Below, piece after piece: positions 10,101 through 22,778 of a DNA stretch of 64,000 nt. This stretch comes from Macrostomum hystrix (lineage: Eukaryota; Animalia; Platyhelminthes): assembly GCA_950097015.1 (NCBI GenBank), contig CATNEN010000002.1:2170001-2234000 (forward strand), given 5' to 3'. How positions within the stretch are numbered: position 1 is the stretch's first letter; every line of letters starts with the position of its first letter. The notes under the pieces are model-generated. The model saw nothing but the letters and a program-made list of their open reading frames with translations, searched no databases and was not told where the DNA came from. Both the position numbers and the translations under genes were made by a program.

Positions 10101-13100
10101 GTTGGTTGGTTGGTTGGTTGGTTGGTTGGTTGGTTGGTTGGTTGGTTGGTTGGTTGGTTGGTTGGTTGGTTGGTTGGTTGGTTGGTCGGTCGGTTGGTTG
10201 GTTGGTTGGTTGGTTGGTTGGTTGGTTGGTTGGTTGGTTGGTTGGTTAACAACTGCAAACAGTTTACTGAAATCCCAATCTGCAGGACGGTCGCACTGCT
10301 TTGCACTTCGCCAGCCAGTTTGCTAAGGATGACGTCATCAAGCTATTGCTGGGTCGCAAGGCAGACCCGGCACAGCCAGGAGGGGTGGGTGACTTAAGCT
10401 ATGGTTGAATGCAGTTGCTCGGCCTAATAATCCTCATACGCGTAAATATCAAATGCAAAATAAGCGTGGGTTGCACAACAGGTGAAAAACCAGACGCCGT
10501 TGCACTACGCCTGCCAAAGAACGCAAGCGGCCCTGCCGGCTGTGCAGATGCTCCTCAAGGCAACCAGAAATGGCCGGCTGCTGCCTGATAAGGTGAGCAA
10601 CGGGTGCTGGAATCTGCGACGGAGTCATGGTTGAGGAGTGCTCAATTTTGCTCAGTGCTCAGAGATTGTCTCTTACACCACGTGACCCACAGGTGGACAA
10701 CATTCCCCTGTTCTACGCGGTGGAGCAGGGTAACGCTGTGGTCATCAAGGAGCTGCTGGAACGTGACACTGAGGCACAGGTGAAGTGGAAGAAGAGTTTC
10801 AACGGCGAGACCGCGCTGCACCTCGCTGCGGCACGCAAGGACATGGAGGCCGTCAAGATTCTCTGCGATGCTGGGGCCGAAGTTAACGCGCAGAATGTGA
10901 GTGGGAGGCTTGATACCCTACAATCCCTTCATTCCCTACAATCCCCTCATTCCCTACAATCCATTCATTCCCTACAATCCATTCATTCCCTACAATCCCC
11001 TCATTCCCTACAATCCCCTCATTCCCTACAATCCATTCATTCCCTACAATCCATTCATTCCCCACAAGCCCTTCATTCCCTACAGTCCCTCCATTCCCCA
11101 CAAACCCTTCATTCCCTACAGTCCCTCCATTCCATACAGTCCCTTCATTCCCTATAGTCCCTTCGTTCCCTACAATCCCTTCATTCCCTATAGTCCCTCC
11201 ATTCCCAACAGTCCCTTCATTCCCAACAGTCCCTTCATTCCCTACAGTCCTTTCATTCCCTACAGTTCCATCGCTCCCTACAATCCCTTTATTCCCTACA
11301 ATCCCTTCATTCCCTACAATCCCTTCATTCCCTACAATCCCTTCACTTCATGCAATACCTTTTTTCTTCTAAGTGGCAAGTGGGAAATCTTCCCTAACTG
11401 AACATTATTGATCAAACTCTGGACTCTCATTCCCGGGCAAAAAAAGCACCAAATATGTTTTTTATAATCCTCAGAATGACGGCCTCACACCGTTGCACAT
11501 CAGCGCTCACGAGGGTGACGAGACAGTAATTAAATTCTTTCACACCTGCAAGGCGGACGCTTCAATCCTAGACAAGGTTTGTCCTCCTGAAACTGTTTTT
11601 AGGTTGCCGATTGAAATCCCATCGTTAGCTCTTTGTAAATTGATATTTGCGCAAAGCATTTGAGCATCCCAAGCTAATTTCACTGTCGCTTATTCATCCG
11701 CGGCTGCAGCTTGGGTTGCCATGGTAACCACACTGGACGAAGCGGCTGGATTCAGTGAAGCAATTTTTTAGCGGTTAATTTATGAACATTTTGGGAAGCT
11801 GCCACACACAAACACAAGCGATGATTAGTTAACTATTGATGAATCGATCTGTTCCTGATTCTTCTAAACTGGCTCTCAATTATCGTAATAATATGTAGCT
11901 TAATACTGATGAATTGACTGCTGCGTTACTGCATATTAGATTAGACTCAGTTGATTCAGTGAGAATCTGACCGATAAAAAGAATGAGTGCAAATGAACTG
12001 ATGGAACTGCGATGGAGCGAATGCTGCGTCTGAGTAGGACAGGAAAGGAAGGGAGTGCAGGGAATGAAGGGAATAAAGGGAATGAAGGGAGTGCATGGAA
12101 TGAAGGGAATATAGGGAATAAAGAGAGTGCAGGGGATGAAGGGAGTGCAGGGAATGAAGGGAGTGCAGGGGATGAAGGGAATAAAGGGAATGAAGGGAGT
12201 GCAGGGAATGAAGGGAGTGCAGGGAATGAAGGGAGTGCAGGGAATGGATCGATGGATTGGATCGATTGATGGATTGGATGGATTAAAGTATTCGATGGAT
12301 TGATGGATTGGATGGGTTGAAGGATTGGATCGATCGATGGATTGGATGGGTTGATGGAATGGATGGATTAAAGTATTGGATGGATTGATGGATTGGATGG
12401 GTTGATGGAATGGATGGATTAAAGTATTGGATGGATTTATGGATTGGATGGGTTGATGGAATGGATGGATTAAAGTATTGGATGGATTGATGGATTGTAC
12501 GGGTTGAAGGATTGGATGGATTAAAGGATTGGATGGATTGATGGATTGGATGGGTTGATGGATTGGATGGGTTGATGGATTGGATGGGTTGATGGATTGG
12601 ATGGGTTGAAGGATTGGATGGGTTGATGGATAGGATGGGTTGATGGATTGGATGGGTTGATGGATTGGATGGGTTGATGGATTGGATGGGTTGAATGGGT
12701 TGATGGATAGGATGGGTTGATGGATAGGATGGGTTGATGGATTGGATGGGTTGATGGATTGGATGGATTGATGGATAGGATGGGTTGAAGGATCCGACGC
12801 TCCTCACCTTTCAGTTCGATCGCAGTCCTCTCCACATGGCAGCGGAACGCGGCCAAACTCGAGTTGTGGAGCTGCTGATCGACAAGTTCAAGTGCAACGT
12901 GCTGGCCCGCACGAAGGACGGCAGCACGCTGATGCACGTGACCTCACAGTTCGGCTACCCGGACACGACTTTGGCCTTCCTGCGTCGCGGAGTCCCCCTG
13001 CACATGCCGAACAAAGGCGGCGGCGTCTGCCTCCACGCGGCGGCCAAAAGCGGGCACGCCAGCGTTGTTCGCAGCCTGCTGGACAAGGGCGCCAGCGTTA

Positions 13101-16100
13101 ACGCTCGCACCAAGGACAAGCTGACGGCCCTTCACGCGGCCGTCGCTTGCGGCCATCCGCACGTTGTCGAAACCCTGCTCGGCTTCGGCGCCAGCGTCGA
13201 TGTGAAGGGTGGCGAAGACGAGGACACCCCGCTTCACCTGGCAGCCAGGACTCGTGGCGGCGAGCGTTGCGCCGAGATGCTGCTGAAGAGCGGCGCCGAC
13301 GTCAACCGCACAAACCGGTTCGGGCAGACGCCGCTGCACACGGCTGCCAAGGGCGGCAATTTGAACATGCTGCGTGCCCTGCTGGATGAGGGCGGTGATC
13401 CCACCCGAGTGTGCCAGCAGGGCAACAGCCCCCTGCACATGGCTGCCAGGCACTGTCGCCAAGCTGTTGCTGGGGCCATCATTGAGCACGTGACTCAGAC
13501 CCGGTCGCGTCACGACGCCGTGAATCTGGTCAACCTGGGCAACAAGGAGGGCGAGACGCCACTTCACTACGCTGCCGAGCTCACCAAGGAGAAGGCGCGC
13601 ACGGATTTCGAGGACACGGACCTGATCAAGCTGCTGCTGCGATACGACGGCGATGTCAGCATTCAAACTAAATATGTGAGCCACACTTGTGAAGCCATTG
13701 TAGTGACTCTTTCTGTAAAACTGGCATTGTGTTTGCCCTCCGCAGACAAGCGAGACCGCCCTGCACTATTGCGCAAGATCTGGCAATGAGGACATCCTGC
13801 TGGAGATTGTCAAATTTCTAGACCACAAGATTCAGCTGGTTGTCAACAAGCAGACTACGGTTTGTGCAGCGCCGCGAAAATCCTATTTTTGTACTTTAAA
13901 AAGTGAAGTTATTTGTTTTCCTGTTAAATCCTTGTTTCAGAGTGGCTGGTCGCCATTGTTGATCGCCAGCGACTGCGGTCGAGACGGCATTGTGGAGATC
14001 CTGCTCAGGAAGCACGCTCGAGTTGATGTGTTCGACACAGTGAGTTTACTCAAAATATATTGAGGTGACTACACTGAGTCTCGCCAGGTGTTTACACTGA
14101 GTCTCTTCAGGTGCTTACACTGAGTCTCTTCAGGTGTTTACACTGAGTCTCTTCGGGTGCTTACACTGAGTCTCTTCAGGTGTTTACACTGAGTCTCTTC
14201 AGGTGCTTACACTGAGTCTCTTCGGGTGTTTACACTGAGTCTCTTCGGGTGCTTACACTGAGTCTCTTCGGGTGCTTACACTGAGTCTCTTCAGGTGCTT
14301 ACACTGAGTCTCTTCAGGTGCTTACACTGAGTCTCTTCAGGTGTTTACACTGAGTCTCTTCAGGTGCTTACACTGAGTCTCTTCAGGTGTTTACACTGAG
14401 TCTCTTCGGGTGCTTACACTGAGTCTCTTCAGGTGCTTACACTGAGTCTCTTCAGGTGCTTACACTGAGTCTCTTCGGGTGCTTACACTGAGTCTCTTCA
14501 GGTGCTTACACTGAGTCTCTTCAGGTGCTTACACTGAGTCTCTTCAGGTGCTTACACAGAGTCTCTTCAGGTGCTTACACTGAGTCTCTTCAGGTGTTTA
14601 CACTGAGTCTCTTCAGGTGCTTACACTGAGTCTCTTCAGGTGCTTACACTGAGTCTCTTCGGGTGTTTACACTGAGTCTCTTCAGGTGCTTACACTGAGT
14701 CTCTTCAGGTGCTTACACTGAGTCTCTTCGGGTGATTACACAGAATATGTTTAAGTTTTACCTGAATCTGTTCAGTTGTTTGCTGAATCTGTTCAGTTAT
14801 TTACTGAATCTATTCAGGTGTTTACTAATCTGTTCAGGTGTTTACTGAATCTGTTCAGGTGAATCCCAATTTCACCAATCCACTCAACAGAAAGGTTTCG
14901 CAGCTCTTCACCTAGCCGCCAAGAACAATCACGTCAACGTAGTTCGGGCTCTGCTTCGCATGAACGCATTCGTTAACGCCAAGAGCAAAGAGTGCTACAC
15001 GCCACTGCACCTAGCAGCCCAGGAAGGTCACAACGAGGTCGTGATGATCCTGCTGAAACAGGACGGCGTTGAGGTCGACGCCAGGACTCTGGTGAGTTTG
15101 CTCAAGCCAAATGAATTAGTGAGAATCCTACAGCTTTGAAGCCAAACCTAGCTGAAGCCTTTGTTTGAACTGTACTCTCCCAGCACTCGAAGACGCCGCT
15201 GCATTTGGCGGCTCAACGCGGTCACAAGGAGGTCTGCGAGACGCTGGTGGATCATAACGCCGACTGCAAGGCCACCGACAATGTGAGATGCTCATTTAGA
15301 AAGACTCAACGGGTCTAACGGGTCTAACGGGTCATTTGGAATTGAGGGCCAGTCGCCAAGGTACAGTTGAGAAAGGTAAAGATGAGAAAGTCAGGATAGA
15401 TGTACAAACCTGTGTGAGTGTGTGCCTGCGTACGGTATCTATTACTTGCGTCCCTGAGGAATCACGCATTAATCAACAAAAGTACCTTCCTTCTCGCTGG
15501 TACCCTATAGTATCGTCCAAGGATTCGCCAAAGCCCTCCAGGAAAAAACAATCAATATAAGGATTCGTAGGTCTATATAGTCTATGGCCCAGACCCTAAT
15601 GGCACATCATTGGTGACACTAGACTTGCAGCCATCGAGGAACTAATTCTTGGAAGCACACACGCGCACCTGTGCCTTGGAGGTTGGCCCTCAATGGCGTA
15701 AATTGCATGAAAAGTCCCCAAGCCAATTTAATGCGGCCTCGCCGCGGAATCGAGCGCAGGGACTTTGGCGAGAGGCAAGCCCCTTTGACCGCTCCTAAAC
15801 CCAAGAGAGCTCCCAACAAATGCAACGTGAAACCAATGTTTCAAAACAATAATTTTCTTCAGAATGGCCAGACACCCCTACACCTGGCGGCTGAGCATGA
15901 CAGATCTCACGTGGTGAAAATGTTCCTTCGCAAGAAGGACATTGTCACACTGGCTAGTGCTGTAAGTGCACACGCACTTATTTATTTTATATCTTTACCT
16001 GTGATTATGTAATAAAAAGGACATTGATCCCAACCGTAACTGTTACTGCCTCTTTTCAGGATGACGTACGTATTAACTATCAGAATTCATACCGATTTTG

Positions 16101-19100
16101 ATACTTTTTGTAATTATTTTTCTTTATTTACAAGCAAGTTTGAAAAAATTCTAGCTATCTCAATATAATCAGCATGGTTTTCATAATTGGCTTTGTTAAT
16201 ATGACACTGCTTGTTGGCCACTATTACGTTTTTAAACCAATTCTTTTGTTACTCTTCTGCTAAATTCTTCAAATTTAATTTGCGTCTCAGTTTTATATTC
16301 TCTTCTCTCTGCCCTAATCAGTTTCATGCACTTTCTTCCGTTATCTATAGTACATTGCGCCCACTGGCTGTCAGTTTTCATACGAAATATGAATTCTTAA
16401 ACGTTTCTTAAGGACACCTGTGTCATTAAAAGTACATTGAGAAAAAATATTAGAATCTTGAATCACAGAATCGCTAAAATTAGATTCGCCGGTTAGAGCT
16501 GGAATCTAAAAAAACCTGAAATCCTTGAAATGGAATCCCCATAACTTAAAGTCCCATAAATTAGGATCCCATACAATAAAATCCCATACAATAAAAAGAA
16601 TCGGAAATCCTGAAAACCCTAGAACTATAATCCCTATCTTTGAAATCCCTTGAGAAAGACTCTCAAATCCCAAAATACTTTAAACTAGAATCTAAAGTCG
16701 CAAACTCCCCTGCATTCGGATACCATGCCGTGAAATCCCCGGCAAAAAATCACAAACCCCAAAATCCTTTATAAAATAATCTCAAATCCCGAAATAATTT
16801 AACTAAGAATCCCCAAATCCCAAACACGCTTGAACTAAAATCCAAAATTCTAAAAGTCTAATATCTCTAAAGCTATAATCCCCAAATCCCAAACTACCTC
16901 CAACTGGAATCCGCATCGCTGGTCCGCCACTGCAGAAAGGCATGACCTGCGCCCACATCGCGGCCAGCAAGGGCAGCATCTCCGTGATCATGGAGCTTCT
17001 CCGCTCGAATCGCAACCTGCTCTGCACTGGCAAGATCAAAACCAACGGCTGCACGGCGCTCCATCTGGCGGCTCAGGAGGGGCACGAGAGAGTCGTGAAA
17101 CTGCTGGTGGAGGCCGGCGCCTCGCCTTCGGATGAGAACATCGACGGAATGACGCCGCTGCACCTGGCTGCTCAGAACGGCCACTCGAAGGTGCTGCAGG
17201 CTCTGAAAGAGAAGGTTGACCTGCGCATTGCCTCGCGCAAGTCCGGACTGACTCCGCTGCACATCGCTGCTCACGCGGGCAAGCAGGACTTTGTGCAGGA
17301 AATCCTCAACAAGGTGCCGGCCAATCTCGCCTCCATCAAGCCAAAGGATTACAACCTGTTAAAGGAGATGATCTCCGATGTGAGCGGCGATCTGCTTGCT
17401 GATGTTTCTGAGTAGCTTTCTAAATATATGACGCCGCCCTGGTAGTGACGCCACCGTGGGTAGGTAGTGACGCCACCGTGGTAGGTAGTGACGCCACCGT
17501 GGTAGGTAGTGACGCCACCGTGGTAGATAGTGACGCCACCGTGATAGGTAGTGACGCCACCGTGGTAGATAGTGGCGCCAGCGTGGAAGGTAGTGACGCA
17601 ACCGTGGGTAGGTACTGGCGCTACCGTGGGTTGGTACTGGCGCTACCGTGGGTAGGTACTGGCGCTACCGCGGTTGGTGGTTGGTAGTAACGCCCACCAG
17701 AGGTGTTGGCCCTCCTTAGAAAAAATTCTGGCAATGTCACGGACTGGAAGCACAAAAACTTCTACCCTCTCAAGTGAGGATTATTTTATTATCCAAACGA
17801 GCTGTTTTCTGAAAGGCCTCTAAAACCTAGCTCGCAACATGATTTCAACCGAATTTGCAGTACGGCTTCACGCCTCTGCACTTGGCCAGTCAGAGCGGCC
17901 ACGAGAGCCTGGTTCGCTATCTGCTAAACAGCACCGGCGTCAAGGTGGACTCGGCCACCATCAAGCATGTGAGTTGCATGCCTGACTGATAAAATACGAT
18001 TCTGCCGGTTGTAAAATCACTGACAAACACACTAAATGCTTCACCGACTATCCAGGGCATGATTCCGCTACACCTGGCTGCACAGAATGGCGAAACTAAT
18101 GTTGCCAGCCTGTTGCTAAGCCGAGACACGAATCAGATCAGACTGGCTGACAGTCACGGTAGAACAGCGCTGCACTGGGCGGCTAACAAGGGTCACTACG
18201 ACATGACAGCCCTGCTTGTTGGTCAGGGAGCCGATGTGAATGGCAGAGACCAGGTAAGCTGAGATTGGATGACTCACTTTAAACAATTTTTATTGTGGTA
18301 AGATTCCTATTTAGTTTGGTACGATTACTGTTGAGTTTGGTCAGATTCCTATTGAGTTTGGTCAGATTCCTATTGAGTTTGGTCAGATTCCTATTGAGTT
18401 TGGTCAGATTCCTGTTGAGTTTGGTCAACTCATTGAGGCTACTTTGCTCAGCCATGAGCTAGAACATTACTAATTTCTTAAAAGTCCAAAGCGAGCTTTC
18501 TCGAGCGATTCTGGCCATCGAATTTCTTCGCAGGGCAACTGGACGCCGTTGCACTTCGCCGCCAAGATGGGCCACCTCCGCGTCATGCAGCTGCTGGTGG
18601 ACTCCAAGGCCAACTGCGAGGCCGAGACCAAGGAGGGCAAACTGCCCGTGGCCTACGCTGCCGAGAACAACCACGTTGAGGTGGTCAGTTTCCTGCTCAA
18701 GGAGCGCCACAATACTTACGCCCTAATGGAGGACTGGAAGGTGCGTTTCGCGACTTTTTGAATTCCAAATCGCATTTTTACTAATTCAAGGAAAATCTTC
18801 GATGAACAAAAACGTTTTCCTCCCGCAGTTTCTCTACAACATCATGCTGTGCAGCAAGATCAGCGGCAACAAGACCCTGGAGGAGTTCATCCTCGTGTCA
18901 CCCGCACCCGCCGAGACGGCGGCTAAGCTTTCAAAGAAGTTCGTCATCCTATCCGAACGGGAGAAGGAGCGCGCCAAGGAGCTCATCCAGATGGGCAAGT
19001 ACTGCGAGAACATGTGCACGGAGCTGGTCGCTGTGGCCGCAGCGGAGAGCGGCGGCGACGGAGCGGCGAAGCTTCTGAAGTCGGTGGACAATGCCGGTGT

Positions 19101-22100
19101 GCAGTTCCTGGACATCCTGCTCGAGACCGAGCAGAAGGAGGTCATCGCTCATCCGGCTGTTCAGCGCTACCTGACGGACGTCTGGAAAGGCAACTTGGAC
19201 TGGCCGACGTGGAAGTTTCTGCTTCTGTTCACCATCTTTCTAGCTATTCCACCAGTGATGATGGCCTTCAGTTTGCCGCTGTCCTGCAACCGTTATCACC
19301 GAAAGCCCGTCATTAAGTTCATCGCCTACCTGATCGCTCACATTCACCTGATCTTCCTGTTTGTCTTCGTGGCCGTGGAACCCGAATGGTTGGGCCCGCC
19401 TTACTACACAAGGCGCGACCTGACACCCACATGGTTGGAGTGCCTCCTGCTGCTCTGGCTTAGCGGTCAGCTGGTCTCGGAGCTGACTAACCCAGCTGAC
19501 AGGTGAGACTTGGGGCTTGCAGCTTCCCATTCGCATTTATAGAGACGATACTTGAGCATCCAACGAATCTGAAAGCTTCCTCACCAAAATTACACGCAAC
19601 GCAGATCCGGTTTGGGCATATTCAAGGTGATCATCATCGCGGTCGCTGCCATCGGTGTCATCACCCATCTGGCCGCCTTCGCCCTGCCCTACGACACCAA
19701 CGCTCGTCTAGACGCTCTCTTCGCCAGAAACCAGCTGTTCGCCTTCGCAACGCTGCTCTGTTTCGTCGTGTTTCTGGAGTTTCTCACCTTCCATCACTTG
19801 TTCGGACCATGGTCAATCATCATTCGCGACCTCATGCGCGACCTTATGAGGTTCTTGGTGATCCTGGCGATCTTCATGGCCGGATTCACCGTGCACTTGC
19901 GATCGCTCTACGTTCCAGTCTACAGACCGGACACGTACGAGACACCGGTGGCCATGAGCAAGAGCCTGCTCACCGCTTTCGAGTTGCTCTTCTTTGCCCT
20001 ATTCGGCTACATTGAGCCCGATAACCTGCCGAACATGAGCCAGTCCCCAGCCTGGACAATGACACTAGTGAAAGTTCTCTTTGGCTGCTATCTGATCATA
20101 ACGCTCATCGTGCTAATCAACCTGCTCATCGCCATGATGAGCGACACCTATGAGCGAATTCGGGCCGAGTCGGACACGGAGTGGAAATTCGGTCGAGCCA
20201 AGCTGATCAGCAACATGAACAAGACCAGCTCAACGCCAACCCCACTCATTCTGGTCACCCAGCTCGTGACGGTGATCAGAAATTTCCGCCGGAAGCACCG
20301 AGTTCAGCACCAGTCAGGTCGGCTATTTTTTCGATTGATAGGCCTATATTTCGATACAGTGTTCAAAATCATTCTAATTTAACTCGTCCACTGTACAGGT
20401 TTCGAAGAGGACGAAGTGGACACGAGCAGAGGTGACGTGACGCAATCGCAGAGCGCAGTCAACCGCAATACTCACTCGACTGGTAAGCGGCTCACAATTG
20501 TTATTTCCTAGAAAGGCATAAAACTTAAAATCGAAAAGCATGTTCGATTTTAGCTATTGGTTTCATGCGTAAAAACAGCAATTTAGTTTTATTTTAGATT
20601 TACTTTTGTTATTATTTTGGCTGACAATCGTTTGCGCTGCACCCGAACGGAGCAACGCAAGCACACGGAACTCAAGAACACGGACCAACTTTTGTTGCGC
20701 ATCTTCTGAAATAATAATTAAGTCGCCAGCTCTTTAAACCGTCGAGATATTCAATGGTTCTGGCCGAAGGTCAGATTTTTCCTATAAGCGCTAGTGTATT
20801 TCATACACCCCCTATACACTGAATTAGCACTGCGCCTCAGTGCGGCCTTGCCAGGCCTTCAAAATGTATCAACATGTCACCCGAATGTGCCTGCATCATC
20901 TCCGTATTCGGTGGTCACCTACCTTTATCTAGCGGACTGCTGGACCTTCAAGGGCTACAAAAGGTGGAAATAACTGGTCGCTATGGACACCCTGACGCGA
21001 ATTTCTCCAATTTTACTGATCAAGCCTAAATATTAGGCGCAGCTCAACCACAGGACACAATCGTCTAGTCTGTCGACCAATCAGTCACCACCCAACGCTG
21101 TTAGCATTCAGGCCTTGCCAAAAATATTTAAGGGGGATTTCGTTTAAAAACACTCGTATAAAACGGGCGGAAAAGTTTCTTGGTAGTCCTACTGGTAATA
21201 AAGGTGTTTTTTTCCTTTTTCTCACTTAAAACATCAAAACATTAAAATCGAATGAATGACGCCCTCTGTTTAGCGGCCTTATCGCGACGTCGACCAACGA
21301 TTCACATGAGAGGTTTGAAAACAAACATAAAATTCACAGTCTAATATTGCACGCACGTTTGAAAATTATTTTTACACGTTTGCAGCAGTCAACAATCCCA
21401 TCACATGAAGTTTTAGCTCATATGCCTAGTATCATTAACATACCCTCAAGTACTAAAAATCAACATCCACTACCCAACACCCAGGCTGTCGGGCATTGTA
21501 CAGGCAGATTTCCTTTCTCTCATTTTCAATCGAATTGGACCGCTCGAGAAGTGACTTAAGCTTCCGAAACGACTATAGACCCCGGGTATCGATTGTTTTC
21601 GGGTAGTTATTCCCGACGTTTTCGTCAGTGAAATTCAACCAAAAATCTCTTACTGAGCAAACTTTTAGGAAGAGTCATGGGTCCCACTTGAAGCTGAATT
21701 TCAACCCCAGTCTTTCAGAAGTGCCGCGCTTCAGATAGTAGAAAATAACTTCAAATTTAATAATAAAATCGTTCATTTTTCGATAAACGGATCTCGTCTC
21801 AGATTCAGTTCGCGTAAACGCGGAGGATGTCGAGAACGCGCAGTCGTTGACTTCAAACCGAGCTGGTGTGTGTTGGCTTTTGTGCTAACTTGCCTAGCAG
21901 GGGTTGAGCTACATACCTATTGTTGTCTGTCAACTCGTCAATATTAATATTATGCAACAGTGGCACTAGTTGCTTTTTGCGACTTTCGTCATGTGCTTAT
22001 AACAATGTTTTCTTAGCAAACCGCTTGTCGATAACAGCTGCGCTTCATAGCAATCGCCTTCAAAACAATATTAACATGCCTAGCCTGGCCAAATCTCAGT

Positions 22101-22778
22101 GTTGTAACTCCGAGCCGTATTTCCAAGTAGCTTAAAATTATACATCATTTTGCTATTCATCAATCTTTTAGCCCTCAGTTTATGATTACAATTTACTTAC
22201 GGATTTGTAATAGTCAAAGCTTTGTAATCCACCTTGGGGGTAAGAACTTCTGAAACTTTTTAGGTTAAACGTCAGGAGTTTGAATCTCAGCCCGTGGGAA
22301 GCAATTAGTATATTTGAGCAAGACCATTTCCTGGCGCTTCAGTTCATCAAGCTTTAAAATAGGTGCCAGCATCCGCTGAGGTTGATCGGGTAGTTGTGGT
22401 GGCCTCCAGAGTCCACGGACAACCAGCTGTTCACAGCCTTTATAAGCACCGGCTTTGCCACCATCAGTACTGGGCTAGGGGGGATATCTATACTCTACCA
22501 ACTTATCTTACCTGAAAGACCTACCTGGAATTTTAAAATATCCCGCAGGCCAGGAGAACGCCGCAGAGCAGAGGGGCGGACCGTCGAAGATCGAAGACGT
22601 CGTCGACTGGGAGAGCGTCATCAAGAAGTACTCGAGCATCCACAGTGGAGATTCGGCCACAGCGGCGGCAGCCAGCGAAGCTCTCGAATTGACGCCCGAA
22701 CCATCGCGTCAACGACGACGTGGTTCTTTGTTCGTCGACGGCGAGTCTCGGCGAGGATCGCGCATGCTGGAGGATTAG
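7178..22778 (+). CDS. nompC: TRPN/NOMPC mechanosensitive TRP channel, 20 exons, ~1795 aa, ~29-30 ankyrin repeats + 6TM
   Basis: In-frame GT-AG exons: 7178-7816, 8016-8117, 10286-10384, 10482-10592, 10693-10896, 11475-11576, 12815-13675, 13746-13859, 13941-14039, 14891-15091, 15184-15282, 15863-15961, 16936-17379, 17861-17968, 18056-18253, 18534-18740, 18829-19502, 19605-20317, 20399-20482, 22549-22778 (5388 nt). TPLH ankyrin array, S4-S5 FHHLFGPW, pore [13 protein letters not shown] region [25 protein letters not shown]-terminal [14 protein letters not shown], all matching NOMPC/TRP-4 as recalled. Confidence 0.95.
9168..10247. repeat. (GGTT)n tetranucleotide microsatellite, ~270 units, TRPN intron 2
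   Basis: Nearly perfect, one GGTCGGTC interruption near 10185; explains the LVGW/NQPT ORFs. Confidence 0.98.
10910..11345. repeat. 18-nt minisatellite (CCCTTCATTCCCTACAAT-like), TRPN intron 5
   Basis: Tandem degenerate units directly after the exon 5 donor. Confidence 0.92.
11715..11728. promoter_or_regulatory. RFX X-box motif GTTGCCATGGTAAC in TRPN intron 6
   Basis: Exact fit to X-box consensus GTYNCC-AT-RGNAAC; a weaker one, GCTGCTATGGCAAC, at 8779-8792 in intron 2. Confidence 0.5.
12045..12245. repeat. 18-nt minisatellite (GGGAGTGCAGGGAATGAA), inverted relative to the intron 5 array
   Basis: Reverse complement CCCTTCATTCCCTGCACT is close to the intron 5 unit CCCTTCATTCCCTACAGT. Confidence 0.88.
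12245..12790. repeat. GGAT-rich minisatellite (GGATTGGATGGGTTGAT)n, TRPN intron 6
   Basis: 17-nt tandem units ending ~25 nt before the exon 7 acceptor. Confidence 0.92.
14065..14745. repeat. 23-nt minisatellite (ACACTGAGTCTCTTCAGGTGCTT)n, TRPN intron 9
   Basis: ~29 near-identical units. Confidence 0.95.
15600..15800 (-). mobile_element. SINE family A copy, internally deleted, TRPN intron 11
   Basis: Reverse complement of head (GCGGTCAAAGGGGCTTGCCTCTCGCC..GCTCGATTCCGCGGCGAGGCC) and tail (GTCTAGTGTCAC..ATGATGTGCC) of the 25133 element. Confidence 0.7.
17430..17690. repeat. 21-nt minisatellite (GTAGTGACGCCACCGTGGTAG)n, TRPN intron 13
   Basis: Tandem units decaying toward the 3' end. Confidence 0.9.
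18325..18430. repeat. 21-nt minisatellite (ATTGAGTTTGGTCAGATTCCT)n, TRPN intron 15
   Basis: ~5 units. Confidence 0.85.
22345..22440 (+). mobile_element. SINE family B 3' fragment
   Basis: TAAAATAGGTGCCAGCATC..GAGTCCACGGACAACCAGCTGTTCACAGCC is the opposite-orientation match to 62026-62110; related fragments at ~255-290, ~45820-45950 and ~55995-56030. Confidence 0.5.

Noticed and set aside
9145-10397. Four 360-400 aa ORFs (LVGW/NQPT repeats)
   Set aside because: Translations of the (GGTT)n intronic microsatellite
12892-13684. Alternative-frame and antisense ORFs over TRPN exon 7 (likewise over the GPCRs and UBE2K)
   Set aside because: Shadow ORFs caused by GC-rich codon usage
14065-14745. 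Regular 21-24-nt arrays as possible CRISPR
   Set aside because: Head-to-tail units with no unique spacers, eukaryotic context, no cas genes
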